Shown piece by piece: positions 55,195 to 64,000 of a DNA stretch of 64,000 bases. The translations under genes were made by a program, and so were the position numbers. The stretch is from Thermoplasmatota archaeon (GTDB lineage: Archaea; Thermoplasmatota; Thermoplasmata; UBA10834). Where the stretch lies: positions 288,001 through 352,000 of the forward strand of contig JBFMHR010000001.1 in assembly GCA_040751795.1 (NCBI GenBank), read 5' to 3'. The notes below the pieces were generated by a model, which saw only the letters and a program-made list of their open reading frames with translations, was not told the DNA's origin and made no database searches. Every line of letters starts with the position of its first letter. Position 1 is the stretch's first letter.

Positions 55195-56490
55195 CTGTCC
55201 TCGACACTCATCAGGAACGGCCTCGTCGTCACTCAGAACGCGCGCAGGGAGGTCCTGAAGGCGGACGTCCTCGTGAACGGGACGAGGGTCGAGCAGGTGG
55301 GCGAGGTCAGGGGCGAGGCGGACGAGGTCGTCGACGCGTCCGGCTGCCTGGTCATGCCCGGGCTGATCAACTGCCACGCGCACGTCGCGATGGCGGCCAT
55401 GAGGAGCGTGGCCGACGACCTGAGGCTCGACGGGTTCCTCGAGCGCACTTTCGCCATCGATGCGAAGAGGACCGACGCCGACATTGCGGCGGGGGCCGCG
55501 CTCGGGTGCCTCGAGATGGCCAGGACCGGGACCACGACCTTCCTCGACCTCTACTACGCCCAGGACGTCATAGCGAGGAGCTCGGAGGAGGCGGGCCTGA
55601 GGGCCTACCTGGGCTGGGCCGTTCTCGACCAGGAGTTCACCACCCAGAAGGGCGACCCGGTCAAGAACTGCGAGAGGTTCATCATGGCCCACAGGGGGAG
55701 GCCGCTGGTGAAGCCGGTGGTCGCGCCCCAGGGCGTATACGTCTGCTCGGACGAGACCCTCAGGAGGGCCAGGGAGCTCGCGAAGAGGGAGGGCACCTTC
55801 TGCCACTACCACCTGTCGGAGACGAGGCGGGAGGTCTACGAGTTCCAGTCGAAGGCCGGGAAGAGGCCGGCCGAGCACCTCGCGGAGACGGGGTTCATGT
55901 CGAAAGGGGACGTGGCCGCGCACGGGGTCTGGCTCACCATGAACGAGGTCCGCGCGCTGGCGAAGGCCGGGGCCTCGGTCGCCCACTGCCCAACGAGCAA
56001 CATGAAGCTCGCCAGCGGAGGTTGCGCGCCTCTCCCCGAGATGTATGCGAGCGGCGTCAACGTCTGCCTCGGGACCGACGGCGCGTCGTCGAACAACTCC
56101 CTCGACATGTTCCTGGAGATGAAGTTCGCGTCGCTCATGCACAAGAACAACAGATGGGACGCGACGGTCGTGCCGGCGCAGAGGGCCCTGGACATGGCGA
56201 CGGTCGACGCGGCCGCCGCCCTCGGCGCGGCTGAGGACCTCGGATCCATAGAGCCGGGCAAGAGGGCCGACCTGGTCGTCGTCGACTGCGAGGCCCCCGG
56301 GATGACCCCCACGACGGCGGAGAACGCCGTGGCGAACCTGGTCTACGCCTCCCCCAGCCACTCGGTGAGGGACACGATGGTCGACGGCAGGTTCGTGGTC
56401 AGGGGCCGGAGGGCCGTCACGGTCGACGAGGCGAAGGTCCTCGCGGACGCAAGGGAGCAGGCGGCGGCGCTGCTCTCGAGGTCGGGATGA
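55195..56490 (+). CDS. Amidohydrolase (MTA/SAH deaminase-like); probable CTG start
   Basis: TLIRNGLVVTQN, MPGLINCHAH, HYHLSET, AHCPTSNMKLASG, LGTDGASSNN. Confidence 0.88.
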   Translation: MSSTLIRNGLVVTQNARREVLKADVLVNGTRVEQVGEVRGEADEVVDASGCLVMPGLINCHAHVAMAAMRSVADDLRLDGFLERTFAIDAKRTDADIAAGAALGCLEMARTGTTTFLDLYYAQDVIARSSEEAGLRAYLGWAVLDQEFTTQKGDPVKNCERFIMAHRGRPLVKPVVAPQGVYVCSDETLRRARELAKREGTFCHYHLSETRREVYEFQSKAGKRPAEHLAETGFMSKGDVAAHGVWLTMNEVRALAKAGASVAHCPTSNMKLASGGCAPLPEMYASGVNVCLGTDGASSNNSLDMFLEMKFASLMHKNNRWDATVVPAQRALDMATVDAAAALGAAEDLGSIEPGKRADLVVVDCEAPGMTPTTAENAVANLVYASPSHSVRDTMVDGRFVVRGRRAVTVDEAKVLADAREQAAALLSRSG

Positions 56491-56527
56491 AAAGCGCGGA
56501 AGCGGTTTGAGGGGTTCGGGCCCGGGC

Positions 56528-57631
56528 TCACTTCTCGAGCTTCGAGGCGGTCTTGTCCTTCTTGGCGATCTCGGCGATCTGCTCCGCCTCGATCTTCTCC
56601 CTGGCCATGAGGTCCTCGACGGCCTTCATCTCCCTCCGGAGCTCCTCCGGCCTCGGTATGGGGCCGAGGACGTCGTCGGCCTTGCCGACGGACCTCTCTA
56701 TGTCCGCGAGGTTGACGACCTCCCTCTGCGGGGTCTGCCTGCCGACGCCGAGGTACTCCGATGCGCCCTCGACCAGCCTGGTCAGCTCGAACGGGAATAT
56801 GATCTTCGTAGCCTGGCCGTTGCCCACGGACTTGAGGGTGTCGAGCGACAGGACCGTCAGCGCCTTGGAGTCGAGCGGGGCCGCGCCCACCGCGAGGACG
56901 CGCAGCTTCTGCGCCTCGCCCTGGGCCTCGAGTATGATCGCGAGACGCGAGCCCTCGGCCTCGAGGATCTTGGCCTGCCTCAGGCCCTCGGCCTGCAGGA
57001 TGCGGGACTGCTTGTCGCCCTCGGCGTTCAGGATGGCGGCCCTCTTCTGCCCGTCGGCCTTCAGGATCGCGGCCCTCCTCAGCCTCTCGGCCGAGGTCTG
57101 GTCCTCCATGGCGTCCTTGACCTTGCCGGCGGGGTCGACCTCCCTGATCTCGACCGCCTCGACCTTGACGCCCCACTTGTCCGTCGCCTCGTCGAGCACG
57201 TCCCTCAGGTGGAGGTTGATCTTCTCCCTGTTGGACAGGATCTCGTCGAGCTCCATGTCGCCGATGATGGACCTGAGCGTGGTCTGCGCCAGGTATATCG
57301 TCGCGGTGCGGTAGTTGGTGACCTCGAAGAAGGCCTTCTTCGGGTCGATGACCTTGATGTATATGATGGCGTCCACGTTCGTGGGCGAGTTGTCCTTGGT
57401 GATGACCTCCTGCCTCGGGACGTCCATGACCTGCGTCCTCAGGTCGATCTTTATGACCTCGTTTATGAGCGGGCGGACGTAGTTGAAGCCCGGGTTCAGG
57501 AGCCTCATGAACCTGCCCAGGCTCATGTATATGCCCTGCTCGTAGGGCCTCACGATCTTGATGCCGGTGGTCATGATCGCGAACCCCGCGATCAGCACCA
57601 GTATCGCCAGCGCAGTCAATCCTGGATCCAT
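56528..57631 (-). CDS. SPFH/stomatin family protein
   Basis: N-terminal TM, QEVITKDN, AQTTLRSIIG, WGVKV, AEG repeats. Confidence 0.92.
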   Translation of the reverse strand: MDPGLTALAILVLIAGFAIMTTGIKIVRPYEQGIYMSLGRFMRLLNPGFNYVRPLINEVIKIDLRTQVMDVPRQEVITKDNSPTNVDAIIYIKVIDPKKAFFEVTNYRTATIYLAQTTLRSIIGDMELDEILSNREKINLHLRDVLDEATDKWGVKVEAVEIREVDPAGKVKDAMEDQTSAERLRRAAILKADGQKRAAILNAEGDKQSRILQAEGLRQAKILEAEGSRLAIILEAQGEAQKLRVLAVGAAPLDSKALTVLSLDTLKSVGNGQATKIIFPFELTRLVEGASEYLGVGRQTPQREVVNLADIERSVGKADDVLGPIPRPEELRREMKAVEDLMAREKIEAEQIAEIAKKDKTASKLEK

Positions 57632-57659
57632 TTCCTCTCCTCCTCCTTCGTTCAGTCGC

Positions 57660-58124
57660 CTACTTGGAGCCCTGCTCCGGGAGCTCCTCCACCTTCACAT
57701 GCACGCCCTCGCTCGCCTTGACTATGACCCTCCTGCCCGCGGGTATGGCCACGGTCGAGGTCGCGCTCCATGTGTCGTTCGCTATCCGGACCTTGCCCCT
57801 CATGCTGTCGGGCAGGACCTCCTTCTCGACAAAACCCGTCTGCCCCACGAGGGAGCTCGCCACCGTGGTCTCGGGCGGCACCGGGGGCGCGAGCTTCTGG
57901 TACATCCTGATGGTGATGAAGAACATCGGCACGACCACTATCGCGGCCGTCACGGGGGCGTACCAGGTCAGGAGCCACTCCGGGAAGACCAGGCCGATCC
58001 CGCCCAGGACCAGCAGGACCGTGGCGGGCACGAGTATGAACGACCCCGGGGACGCGGCCTCGGCCAGCAGCATGAGTATGCCTATGATCACGAATGCGAG
58101 CGCCAGTTCCGTGCCCAGAGCCAT
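57660..58124 (-). CDS. NfeD-like protein
   Basis: Hydrophobic N-terminus plus LVGQTG..GKVRI..WSA OB fold; adjacent to SPFH gene. Confidence 0.85.
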   Translation of the reverse strand: MALGTELALAFVIIGILMLLAEAASPGSFILVPATVLLVLGGIGLVFPEWLLTWYAPVTAAIVVVPMFFITIRMYQKLAPPVPPETTVASSLVGQTGFVEKEVLPDSMRGKVRIANDTWSATSTVAIPAGRRVIVKASEGVHVKVEELPEQGSK

Positions 58125-58231
58125 GGTTTACACAAAGGCTAGTCCGTATATTAGCCTTCTGTCGGAAGGCCCCGGACGTCGCGCACGCTGGTACATCCTC
58201 CTGAACGCTGGCCAATTCCCCCGACCGCGGC

Positions 58232-58612
58232 TCACCTGAGCCTCATCCTGGCGATGTGGTAGCACCAGAGCCCGTTCCTCATGAGTGCATCGTTGGTGTT
58301 CTGGACCGTGATCCTCTGCGGCTCGGTCCTGTACCTCAGCACCTCTTCTATCGGGTACCCCACGTAGTCGGAGAGCTTCAGAAGCCGCTCGTACGGGAAC
58401 GGCTGCTCGCCGACGAGTATCTGCCGCACGCTCCACCCAGGGTGGATGCGCGACCGGTACCCCATCTCCCGCGCGAGCCTGTTTATGCTCCCCGCCTTCT
58501 CTATACCCGTCTTTATGAACGGGACCCGGAAGGAAGACGCGATCCATATCCGGGTGTCCGCGTTATGAGCCCGGTTCGCAAGGTTGCTACCGTATCCGTC
58601 CGTTGAGCTCAT
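58232..58612 (-). CDS. Hypothetical protein, Cro/XRE-like HTH
   Basis: KAGSINRLAREMGY...VRQILVGEQPFPYERLLKLSDYVG; strong AT-rich promoter upstream. Confidence 0.6.
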   Translation of the reverse strand: MSSTDGYGSNLANRAHNADTRIWIASSFRVPFIKTGIEKAGSINRLAREMGYRSRIHPGWSVRQILVGEQPFPYERLLKLSDYVGYPIEEVLRYRTEPQRITVQNTNDALMRNGLWCYHIARMRLR

Positions 58613-58770
58613 ATGAGGGGGTCTATTGTAGGCATATATTATATTTCTTGCCTTGAAGTGTCACGCCGGGAGGGTACCTACCGGCCCCTGCTGGCATCCC
58701 CCGTTGGTACAACCTTCGAAGGGTTGCCATCTTTATCACTTCCGATACCGATACCCCTAGCGGTGTCCGG

Positions 58771-59193
58771 GTGAGCGTTTTCAACAGGAGCATCGCGCTG
58801 GAGACCGCCGCGAGGGACGAGGTCGTCGACGTCACCGAGAGGGTGCAGGGCGTCGTGTCGGATTCGGGCGTACGCGACGGGCTCGCGTGCGTGTTCGTCG
58901 TGGGCTCCACCGCGGCCGTGACCACGGTTGAGCACGAGCCAGGGCTGGTCGCGGACCTCAGGGCCGCCATGGACAGGCTGTACCCCAGGGGCGGGGAGTA
59001 CGAGCACCACCGGCGCTGGGGGGACGGGAACGGCCACTCTCACGTGAGGGCCTCGTTCATCGGCCCCTCCCTGACCGTCCCGGTGGTCGACGGGAGGCTG
59101 CTCCTGGGCACCTGGCAGCAGATCGTGTTCCTGGAGCTGGACGTACGGCCCAGGTCCAGGCAGCTGGCGGTCCAGGTCGTCGGGGAGCCGTGA
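58771..59193 (+). CDS. yjbQ: YjbQ/UPF0047 family protein
   Basis: GSTAAVTTVE, NGHSHVRAS, LGTWQQIVFLELD. Confidence 0.9.
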   Translation: MSVFNRSIALETAARDEVVDVTERVQGVVSDSGVRDGLACVFVVGSTAAVTTVEHEPGLVADLRAAMDRLYPRGGEYEHHRRWGDGNGHSHVRASFIGPSLTVPVVDGRLLLGTWQQIVFLELDVRPRSRQLAVQVVGEP

Positions 59194-59253
59194 GAGGGCG
59201 CTGGTCGCAGGGACAACCATATTATACGCGAGGGCGTTGGCCTGCCGATAGCG

Positions 59254-60483
59254 ATGGAGTGCGAGTTCCTGGGGGGCGGGCACGAGGTGGGCCGGCTCGG
59301 CCTCCTCATGAAGACGGACAAGGCGAGGCTGCTGTTCGACTACGGCATGTCAGCGACGGACCCGCCGAAGTACCCTGCGCCAGCGCCGGCGGTCGACCTC
59401 ATGTTCCTCACCCACTCGCACCTGGACCACTGCGGGATGATCCCGTGGGTCACCTCCAGGTACGACATCGACGTCACCGCCACCTCGACCACCAAGAAGG
59501 TCGCAGGGCTCCTCATGGAGGACAGCATCAAGGTCGCGGCCGCCGAGGGCTACCCCGAGATGTACGGCAAGACGGAGGTCAAGCAGGCCCTGGGCAGGTT
59601 CAACGAGGTGGAGTTCGGCGACACCCTCACCAAGCACTCGGTCCACGTGAGGATGCACTCCGCCGGGCACATCCCCGGCGCGACGATGTACGAGGTGACG
59701 GGGAAGAGGACCACGCTCGTCACCGGCGACCTGCACACCCTCGACACGAGGCTGGTCTCGGGGGCCAAGCCGGTCAAGTGCGACAACCTGGTCATGGAGT
59801 CGACCTACTCCGGCAGGAACCACCCTGACAGGCTCAAGACCGAGTACGCCTTCCTCAAGAAGGTCCACGAGGTCGTCGCCAGGGGCGGGAAGGCCATCGT
59901 CCCGGCGTTCGCGGTCGGCAGGACCCAGGAGATCCTCCTCCTCCTCAAGGACAGCAAGCTCGACTACTGGCACGACGGCATGGGCAAGTCCGTCAACAAG
60001 CTGTACCTGGAGGAGCCGCAGCACCTCCGCTCCGCGAAGAGGCTGAGGCAGGCCGTCACCAGGGGCAGGGAGGTCAAGAACTTCCAGGCGCGGCAGAGGG
60101 CGCACGACGGCGAGGTCATTGTCACGACGAGCGGGATGCTGGACGGCGGCCCCGTCGTGAGCTACATAGAGCAGGCGAAGGACGACCCGAGGAGCGCCAT
60201 CCTCCTCACGGGCTACCAGGTCGAGGGGTGCAACGGGAGGAAGCTGCTCGACACCGGCACGATGCAGTTCCACGGCGTGGTCGAGAAGGTCGAGTGCGAG
60301 GTCATGAAGTTCGACTTCTCCGCTCACGCGGGCCACGACGAGCTGGTGGCCTTCGCCAAGGGGTGCTCCCCGGAGAAGATCGTGCTCATGCACGGGGACA
60401 ACCGCGAGCCGCTCGCCCTGAGCCTCAGGAAGGAGGGTTTCGAGGTCCTCCTACCCATGAACGGCGAGAAGTTCGCGCTGTGA
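59254..60483 (+). CDS. Beta-CASP ribonuclease (aCPSF-like)
   Basis: LGGGHEVGR, THSHLDHCG, AGHIPG, MESTY, PAFAVGRTQE, FSAHAG. Confidence 0.9.
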   Translation: MECEFLGGGHEVGRLGLLMKTDKARLLFDYGMSATDPPKYPAPAPAVDLMFLTHSHLDHCGMIPWVTSRYDIDVTATSTTKKVAGLLMEDSIKVAAAEGYPEMYGKTEVKQALGRFNEVEFGDTLTKHSVHVRMHSAGHIPGATMYEVTGKRTTLVTGDLHTLDTRLVSGAKPVKCDNLVMESTYSGRNHPDRLKTEYAFLKKVHEVVARGGKAIVPAFAVGRTQEILLLLKDSKLDYWHDGMGKSVNKLYLEEPQHLRSAKRLRQAVTRGREVKNFQARQRAHDGEVIVTTSGMLDGGPVVSYIEQAKDDPRSAILLTGYQVEGCNGRKLLDTGTMQFHGVVEKVECEVMKFDFSAHAGHDELVAFAKGCSPEKIVLMHGDNREPLALSLRKEGFEVLLPMNGEKFAL

Positions 60484-60525
60484 CCCAGATACACTTATTA
60501 GGTCCGAGTCCGCTTTTGCGCGCGC

Positions 60526-61350
60526 ATGCGCCCGAAGATGCACGAATTCCTGGTAGAGGACATCGGCTCAGGCGACGTCACGTCCGAGCTCCTGGTCCCC
60601 GCGGAGATGAGGGCGAGGGGGAGCATAGCCGCCAAGCAGAGGTGCGTCCTCGCCGGCGCGGCGGAGGCGTGCGAGGTCTTCGAGGGGCTCGGCGCGAGCC
60701 CCGTCGCCAAGCGAAAGGACGGCTCGGCCGTGAAGAAGGGCGACGTCGTGATCACTGTCACCGGCCCGGCCAGGGCGCTCCTGGCGGGCGAGAGGCTGGC
60801 CCTGAACTTCATCATGAGGATGAGCGGCATCGCGACCGCCACGAACGACCTCGTCGGGAGGTGCAGGAAGGCGAACCCCGAGGTGAGGGTGGCTGCGACG
60901 AGGAAGACCGTCCCCGGCTTCAGGGAGTTCGAGAAGAGGGCGGTCGTGCTCGGGGGCGGGGACCCCCACAGGTTCGGCCTGGACGACGCGATACTGATCA
61001 AGGACAACCACATCCGCCTCGCGGGGGGCGTGGCCGAGGCCCTGAGGAGGGCGAGGGCCTCGAGCTTCACCAAGAAGGTCGAGATCGAGGTCGAGTGCGA
61101 GGAGGACGCCTTCGCGGCCCTGGAGGGGGGCGCCGACATAGTCATGCTGGACAACTTCGCCCCCGCGGCCGCGAGGAGGCTCTACGCTGAGCTGAAGGCG
61201 AGGTGCCCCGAGGTGGTCGTGGAGGTATCCGGGGGCATCACCCCGGACAACATCGAGGGCTACGCCAAGGCGGCGGACGTGATATCCGTCGGGTGGATCA
61301 CGCACTCGGTGCGGGCGGCCGACTTCTCCATGACCATAGAACGGGCCTGA
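60526..61350 (+). CDS. nadC: Nicotinate-nucleotide pyrophosphorylase
   Basis: GERLALN, TRKTVPG, HRFGLDDAILIKDNH, IVMLDN, EVSGGI. Confidence 0.95.
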   Translation: MRPKMHEFLVEDIGSGDVTSELLVPAEMRARGSIAAKQRCVLAGAAEACEVFEGLGASPVAKRKDGSAVKKGDVVITVTGPARALLAGERLALNFIMRMSGIATATNDLVGRCRKANPEVRVAATRKTVPGFREFEKRAVVLGGGDPHRFGLDDAILIKDNHIRLAGGVAEALRRARASSFTKKVEIEVECEEDAFAALEGGADIVMLDNFAPAAARRLYAELKARCPEVVVEVSGGITPDNIEGYAKAADVISVGWITHSVRAADFSMTIERA

Positions 61351-61398
61351 GGGCCCATCAGATATTTCTATCGGCCAGGCGCTCCGTGATGCGTTGAC

Positions 61399-62076
61399 AT
61401 GAGGGCGGAGCAGGCATGGGGCGCGTTCACGCTCGTCTTCGCGCTCGCAACCACCGCGGTCGCCGCGACCCTCTTCAGCCTGGGCCACGACCCGTACCTC
61501 GCGGCGTCGACGGCCGCGGTGGCGGTGATGGTCTACCTCTACGTCGTGTACAAGAGGTACCACATCGAGCTCGTGACGGAGGGGGACATAGCCCTCTTCA
61601 CCGACCCGGACGACCTCGGGATACTCTGCGACATATACGGCCTCGGGAGCACCGGGAAGCCGGTGGTGGACAGGCAGAGGCTGAGGGGGTTCGTGCGGGC
61701 CCACCCCGACAGCGCCTTCGTGTGGGTCGCCCCGCGCCCCGTCAGCTCGGTCGGCTCCGCCCTCGCGATGCCCCAACAGCCGGCGGAGGAGGAGATGACG
61801 GTGCCGGCGATGATGAAGAAGCTCCTCTCCGACGAACCGTCCGAGGCCTCCCTGACCGGCCCGCTCTTCGGAGGGGTGGAGAGGTCGAAGGCGAGGCTGG
61901 CGGCGCTTACCAGGTGCCCCGTGTGCGACTCCCCGACAGGGAGGTCCGGGGGGATATGCCTCAGGTGCGGCGCCGACCTGGAGTTCTACTCGGTCCTCGC
62001 CGGGTCCAGGGTCGGGAGGAGGCTCATATCGCGGAAGACGGGGGCGAGGGTGCGGAAGCTTAGATATCCGAGGTAG
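61399..62076 (+). CDS. Membrane protein with C-terminal Zn ribbon
   Basis: Two N-terminal TM helices; CPVCD...CLRCG. Confidence 0.6.
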   Translation: MRAEQAWGAFTLVFALATTAVAATLFSLGHDPYLAASTAAVAVMVYLYVVYKRYHIELVTEGDIALFTDPDDLGILCDIYGLGSTGKPVVDRQRLRGFVRAHPDSAFVWVAPRPVSSVGSALAMPQQPAEEEMTVPAMMKKLLSDEPSEASLTGPLFGGVERSKARLAALTRCPVCDSPTGRSGGICLRCGADLEFYSVLAGSRVGRRLISRKTGARVRKLRYPR

Positions 62077-62102
62077 CCGATGCCCCGGCACCGGGTGACG
62101 AC

Positions 62103-62273
62103 ATGAAGGAAGGGGAGAGGTGCGAGATCTGCGGCAAGCCCGCGACCAGGTTCCTGTTCGCGTCGTTCCTGTGCGACGACGAGGAGTGCATCCAGAAGGC
62201 GAGGGAGCGGAGGGGCGGCCCCGGCGGCCACCAGAAGCAGAAGATGTTCGGATGGGCGCCCAGGGAGGAGTAG
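62103..62273 (+). CDS. 56-aa Zn-binding microprotein (not in ORF track)
   Basis: MKEGERCEICGKPATRFLFASFLCDDEECIQKARERRGGPGGHQKQKMFGWAPREE; GGGTGA SD. Confidence 0.75.
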   Translation: MKEGERCEICGKPATRFLFASFLCDDEECIQKARERRGGPGGHQKQKMFGWAPREE

Positions 62274-62313
62274 CCCGGCAAGTATTTTCACCCGTCCGCG
62301 TTTCCGGTGCCAC

Positions 62314-63480
62314 ATGACGAGGCGCGCGTTCGCAGGGCTCTTCATCATCGAGGTCCTGCTCGCGTTCGGCAACACCTTCGCAGGGTCGTTCAACATCGTC
62401 TACCTGTACAACGAGATGGACATGCCCCTATGGGCGGGGCCCACATACCTCTGCATCGGCTTCGGAATAGCCATCCTCGTCAGCCTCTGGATGTCCTGGA
62501 GGCCGCGCATGGACCCGAGGAACGCGATGGTCTTCGGGCTCGCGTGCCTGATAGTCGAGTACTCCGCGTTCCTGCTGCTGGACGACGGATGGGTGATCGG
62601 GGCGGTGGTCGGCGTGGCGTTCGGCCTCTTCTACCCGTTCTTCTGGACGCCGTTCAACATACTCATGGCGCAGATGACCCAGAAGAACGACAGGGGGGTC
62701 AAGTACGGGGTGTTCTTCTTCGTCTGGCCCCTGGCGGCGTTCTTCGCGCCGTTCCTGGGCGGGCTCGTCATCGGCTTCATCAACTACATGGCGCTCTTCG
62801 CCATCGGGATAGGGATCATAGTCGCGACGGCGGTCACCATAGTCGCGTACAGGGACTACATCCCCAAGGACCAGGTCATGCGCATCAGGCTCGGCGCGAT
62901 AGGGAGGAGGAACGTCGTCGCCCTCCTCGGGGAGGGCGGGTTCGAGGGGGTCTTCTGGGTGGACGTCACCCTCGTCGCCTACACCTTCTCACAGGACGAG
63001 GTCTCCCTCGGGGTGCTCTTCTCGCTCTTCGGCCTCAGCGCCGGGATAATGGGCATCATACTCGGGAAGCTCTCTGACAGGATCCAGAACCGGGGCCTCT
63101 TCCTGAAGCTGAGCGCGCTGGGCTCCATCCCCTGCATCGTCCTCATCTGGATGTCCGGGACCCTGGAGGAGTACGCCCTCACCAACGGCCTCCTCGAGTT
63201 CGCGTCGTTCGTCCTCCCGGTCTTCCTCTTCGCCATCCTGACTGACAAGCTGGAGGAGGAGAAGAACGACTCTGTGGTCACGAGGGAGTACCTCCTCGAC
63301 ATGGGGAGGGCCGCGTCGATAGCGGCGCTCATAGCGCTCCTCTACCTCGGGGCGACGCCCCAGGAGTGCTTCCTCCTGGCGATACCGTTCCTGGTGATGG
63401 TCCTGGTGGCGCACGAGCCCGGGAAGGAGGGGCTCGCGGCCGCGGCGAAGCGGCTGCTCCGCCTCAGAACGAGGACCTGA
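62314..63480 (+). CDS. MFS-like transporter
   Basis: About 12 hydrophobic segments; LGKLSDRIQNRG motif. Confidence 0.78.
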   Translation: MTRRAFAGLFIIEVLLAFGNTFAGSFNIVYLYNEMDMPLWAGPTYLCIGFGIAILVSLWMSWRPRMDPRNAMVFGLACLIVEYSAFLLLDDGWVIGAVVGVAFGLFYPFFWTPFNILMAQMTQKNDRGVKYGVFFFVWPLAAFFAPFLGGLVIGFINYMALFAIGIGIIVATAVTIVAYRDYIPKDQVMRIRLGAIGRRNVVALLGEGGFEGVFWVDVTLVAYTFSQDEVSLGVLFSLFGLSAGIMGIILGKLSDRIQNRGLFLKLSALGSIPCIVLIWMSGTLEEYALTNGLLEFASFVLPVFLFAILTDKLEEEKNDSVVTREYLLDMGRAASIAALIALLYLGATPQECFLLAIPFLVMVLVAHEPGKEGLAAAAKRLLRLRTRT

Positions 63481-64000
63481 GCAGCTCCATCAGGTCCGTC
63501 ATCCTCAGCTTCGATCCCTTGGCGTCGATGGACGCCCTGAGGCTCTGGTAGCAGAACGGGCACGAGGTGGTCAGTATGTCCGCGCCGGCCCTCTCCGCGT
63601 CCTCGACCCTCATCATCGAGATCTTGGACGCGAGGTCCGGGAACGCCGTCTTGACGCCTCCGCCCGCGCCGCAGCACCTCGCCTCCTCCCTGTTCCTCTC
63701 CATCTCGACAAGCTTGAGGCCGGGCACCGACTGGAGTATCCTCCTCGGCTCGTCGTAGAGGAGGTTGTGCCTGCCGAGGTGGCACGGGTCGTGGAATGTC
63801 ACCGTGCCCTCGACCCTCTTCGTCGGCGCGAGCCTCCCCGACCTGAGCAGTTCGTCGACGAACGTGGTGATGTGCACGACCTTCGCGGGAAGCTTCCCCA
63901 CCTTGGGGTAGTCCTGCCTGAGGGTCTTGTAGCAGCCCGCGCAGCTGGTGAGTATCACGGACGGCGCCGCCCTCTCGAACCTCTCGATGTTCCTCTCGGC
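63464..64000 (-). CDS. CCG-domain Fe-S oxidoreductase (5' partial)
   Basis: SCAGCY, FHDPCHLGR, CCGAGGG, SCPFC; paralog of 715-1881. Confidence 0.85.
   Translation of the reverse strand, partial: AERNIERFERAAPSVILTSCAGCYKTLRQDYPKVGKLPAKVVHITTFVDELLRSGRLAPTKRVEGTVTFHDPCHLGRHNLLYDEPRRILQSVPGLKLVEMERNREEARCCGAGGGVKTAFPDLASKISMMRVEDAERAGADILTTSCPFCYQSLRASIDAKGSKLRMTDLMELLRSSF

Noticed and set aside
1-64000. CRISPR array, IS elements, rRNA
   Set aside because: No regularly spaced repeats, transposase motifs or rRNA-like tracts found by eye

Overview
High-GC archaeal chromosomal segment, most consistent with Thermoplasmatota (inference). Archaeal markers include radA, GGGP and DGGGP synthases, a class I CCA-adding enzyme, an intron-containing tRNA-Leu(TAA) and BRE/TATA promoters. 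The centrepiece is an ~18 kb C1 island (7.6-25.8 kb) with four parts: (i) an hdrA-hdrA-mvhD-Fe/S-fdhA operon; (ii) acs, a beta-carbonic anhydrase and an OFA-family transporter; (iii) divergent folD/fhs; (iv) a second hdrA-hdrA-mvhD cassette coupled to metV-metF. Together these give a complete bacterial-type tetrahydrofolate methyl branch with two parallel HdrA modules and no hdrBC. The rest is housekeeping and peptide-scavenging genes. Less obvious signals are two genes that appear to need CTG starts, a ~95-nt intergenic fold-back hiding an SD and a 19-codon ORF, a structured leader before a wHTH/GvpD-like ATPase pair, a PKD-fused ABC permease, a Ptr2-like palindrome and three Cys-rich micro-ORFs. 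No CRISPR array or mobile element was seen. All calls come from motif recognition by eye; no searches were run.
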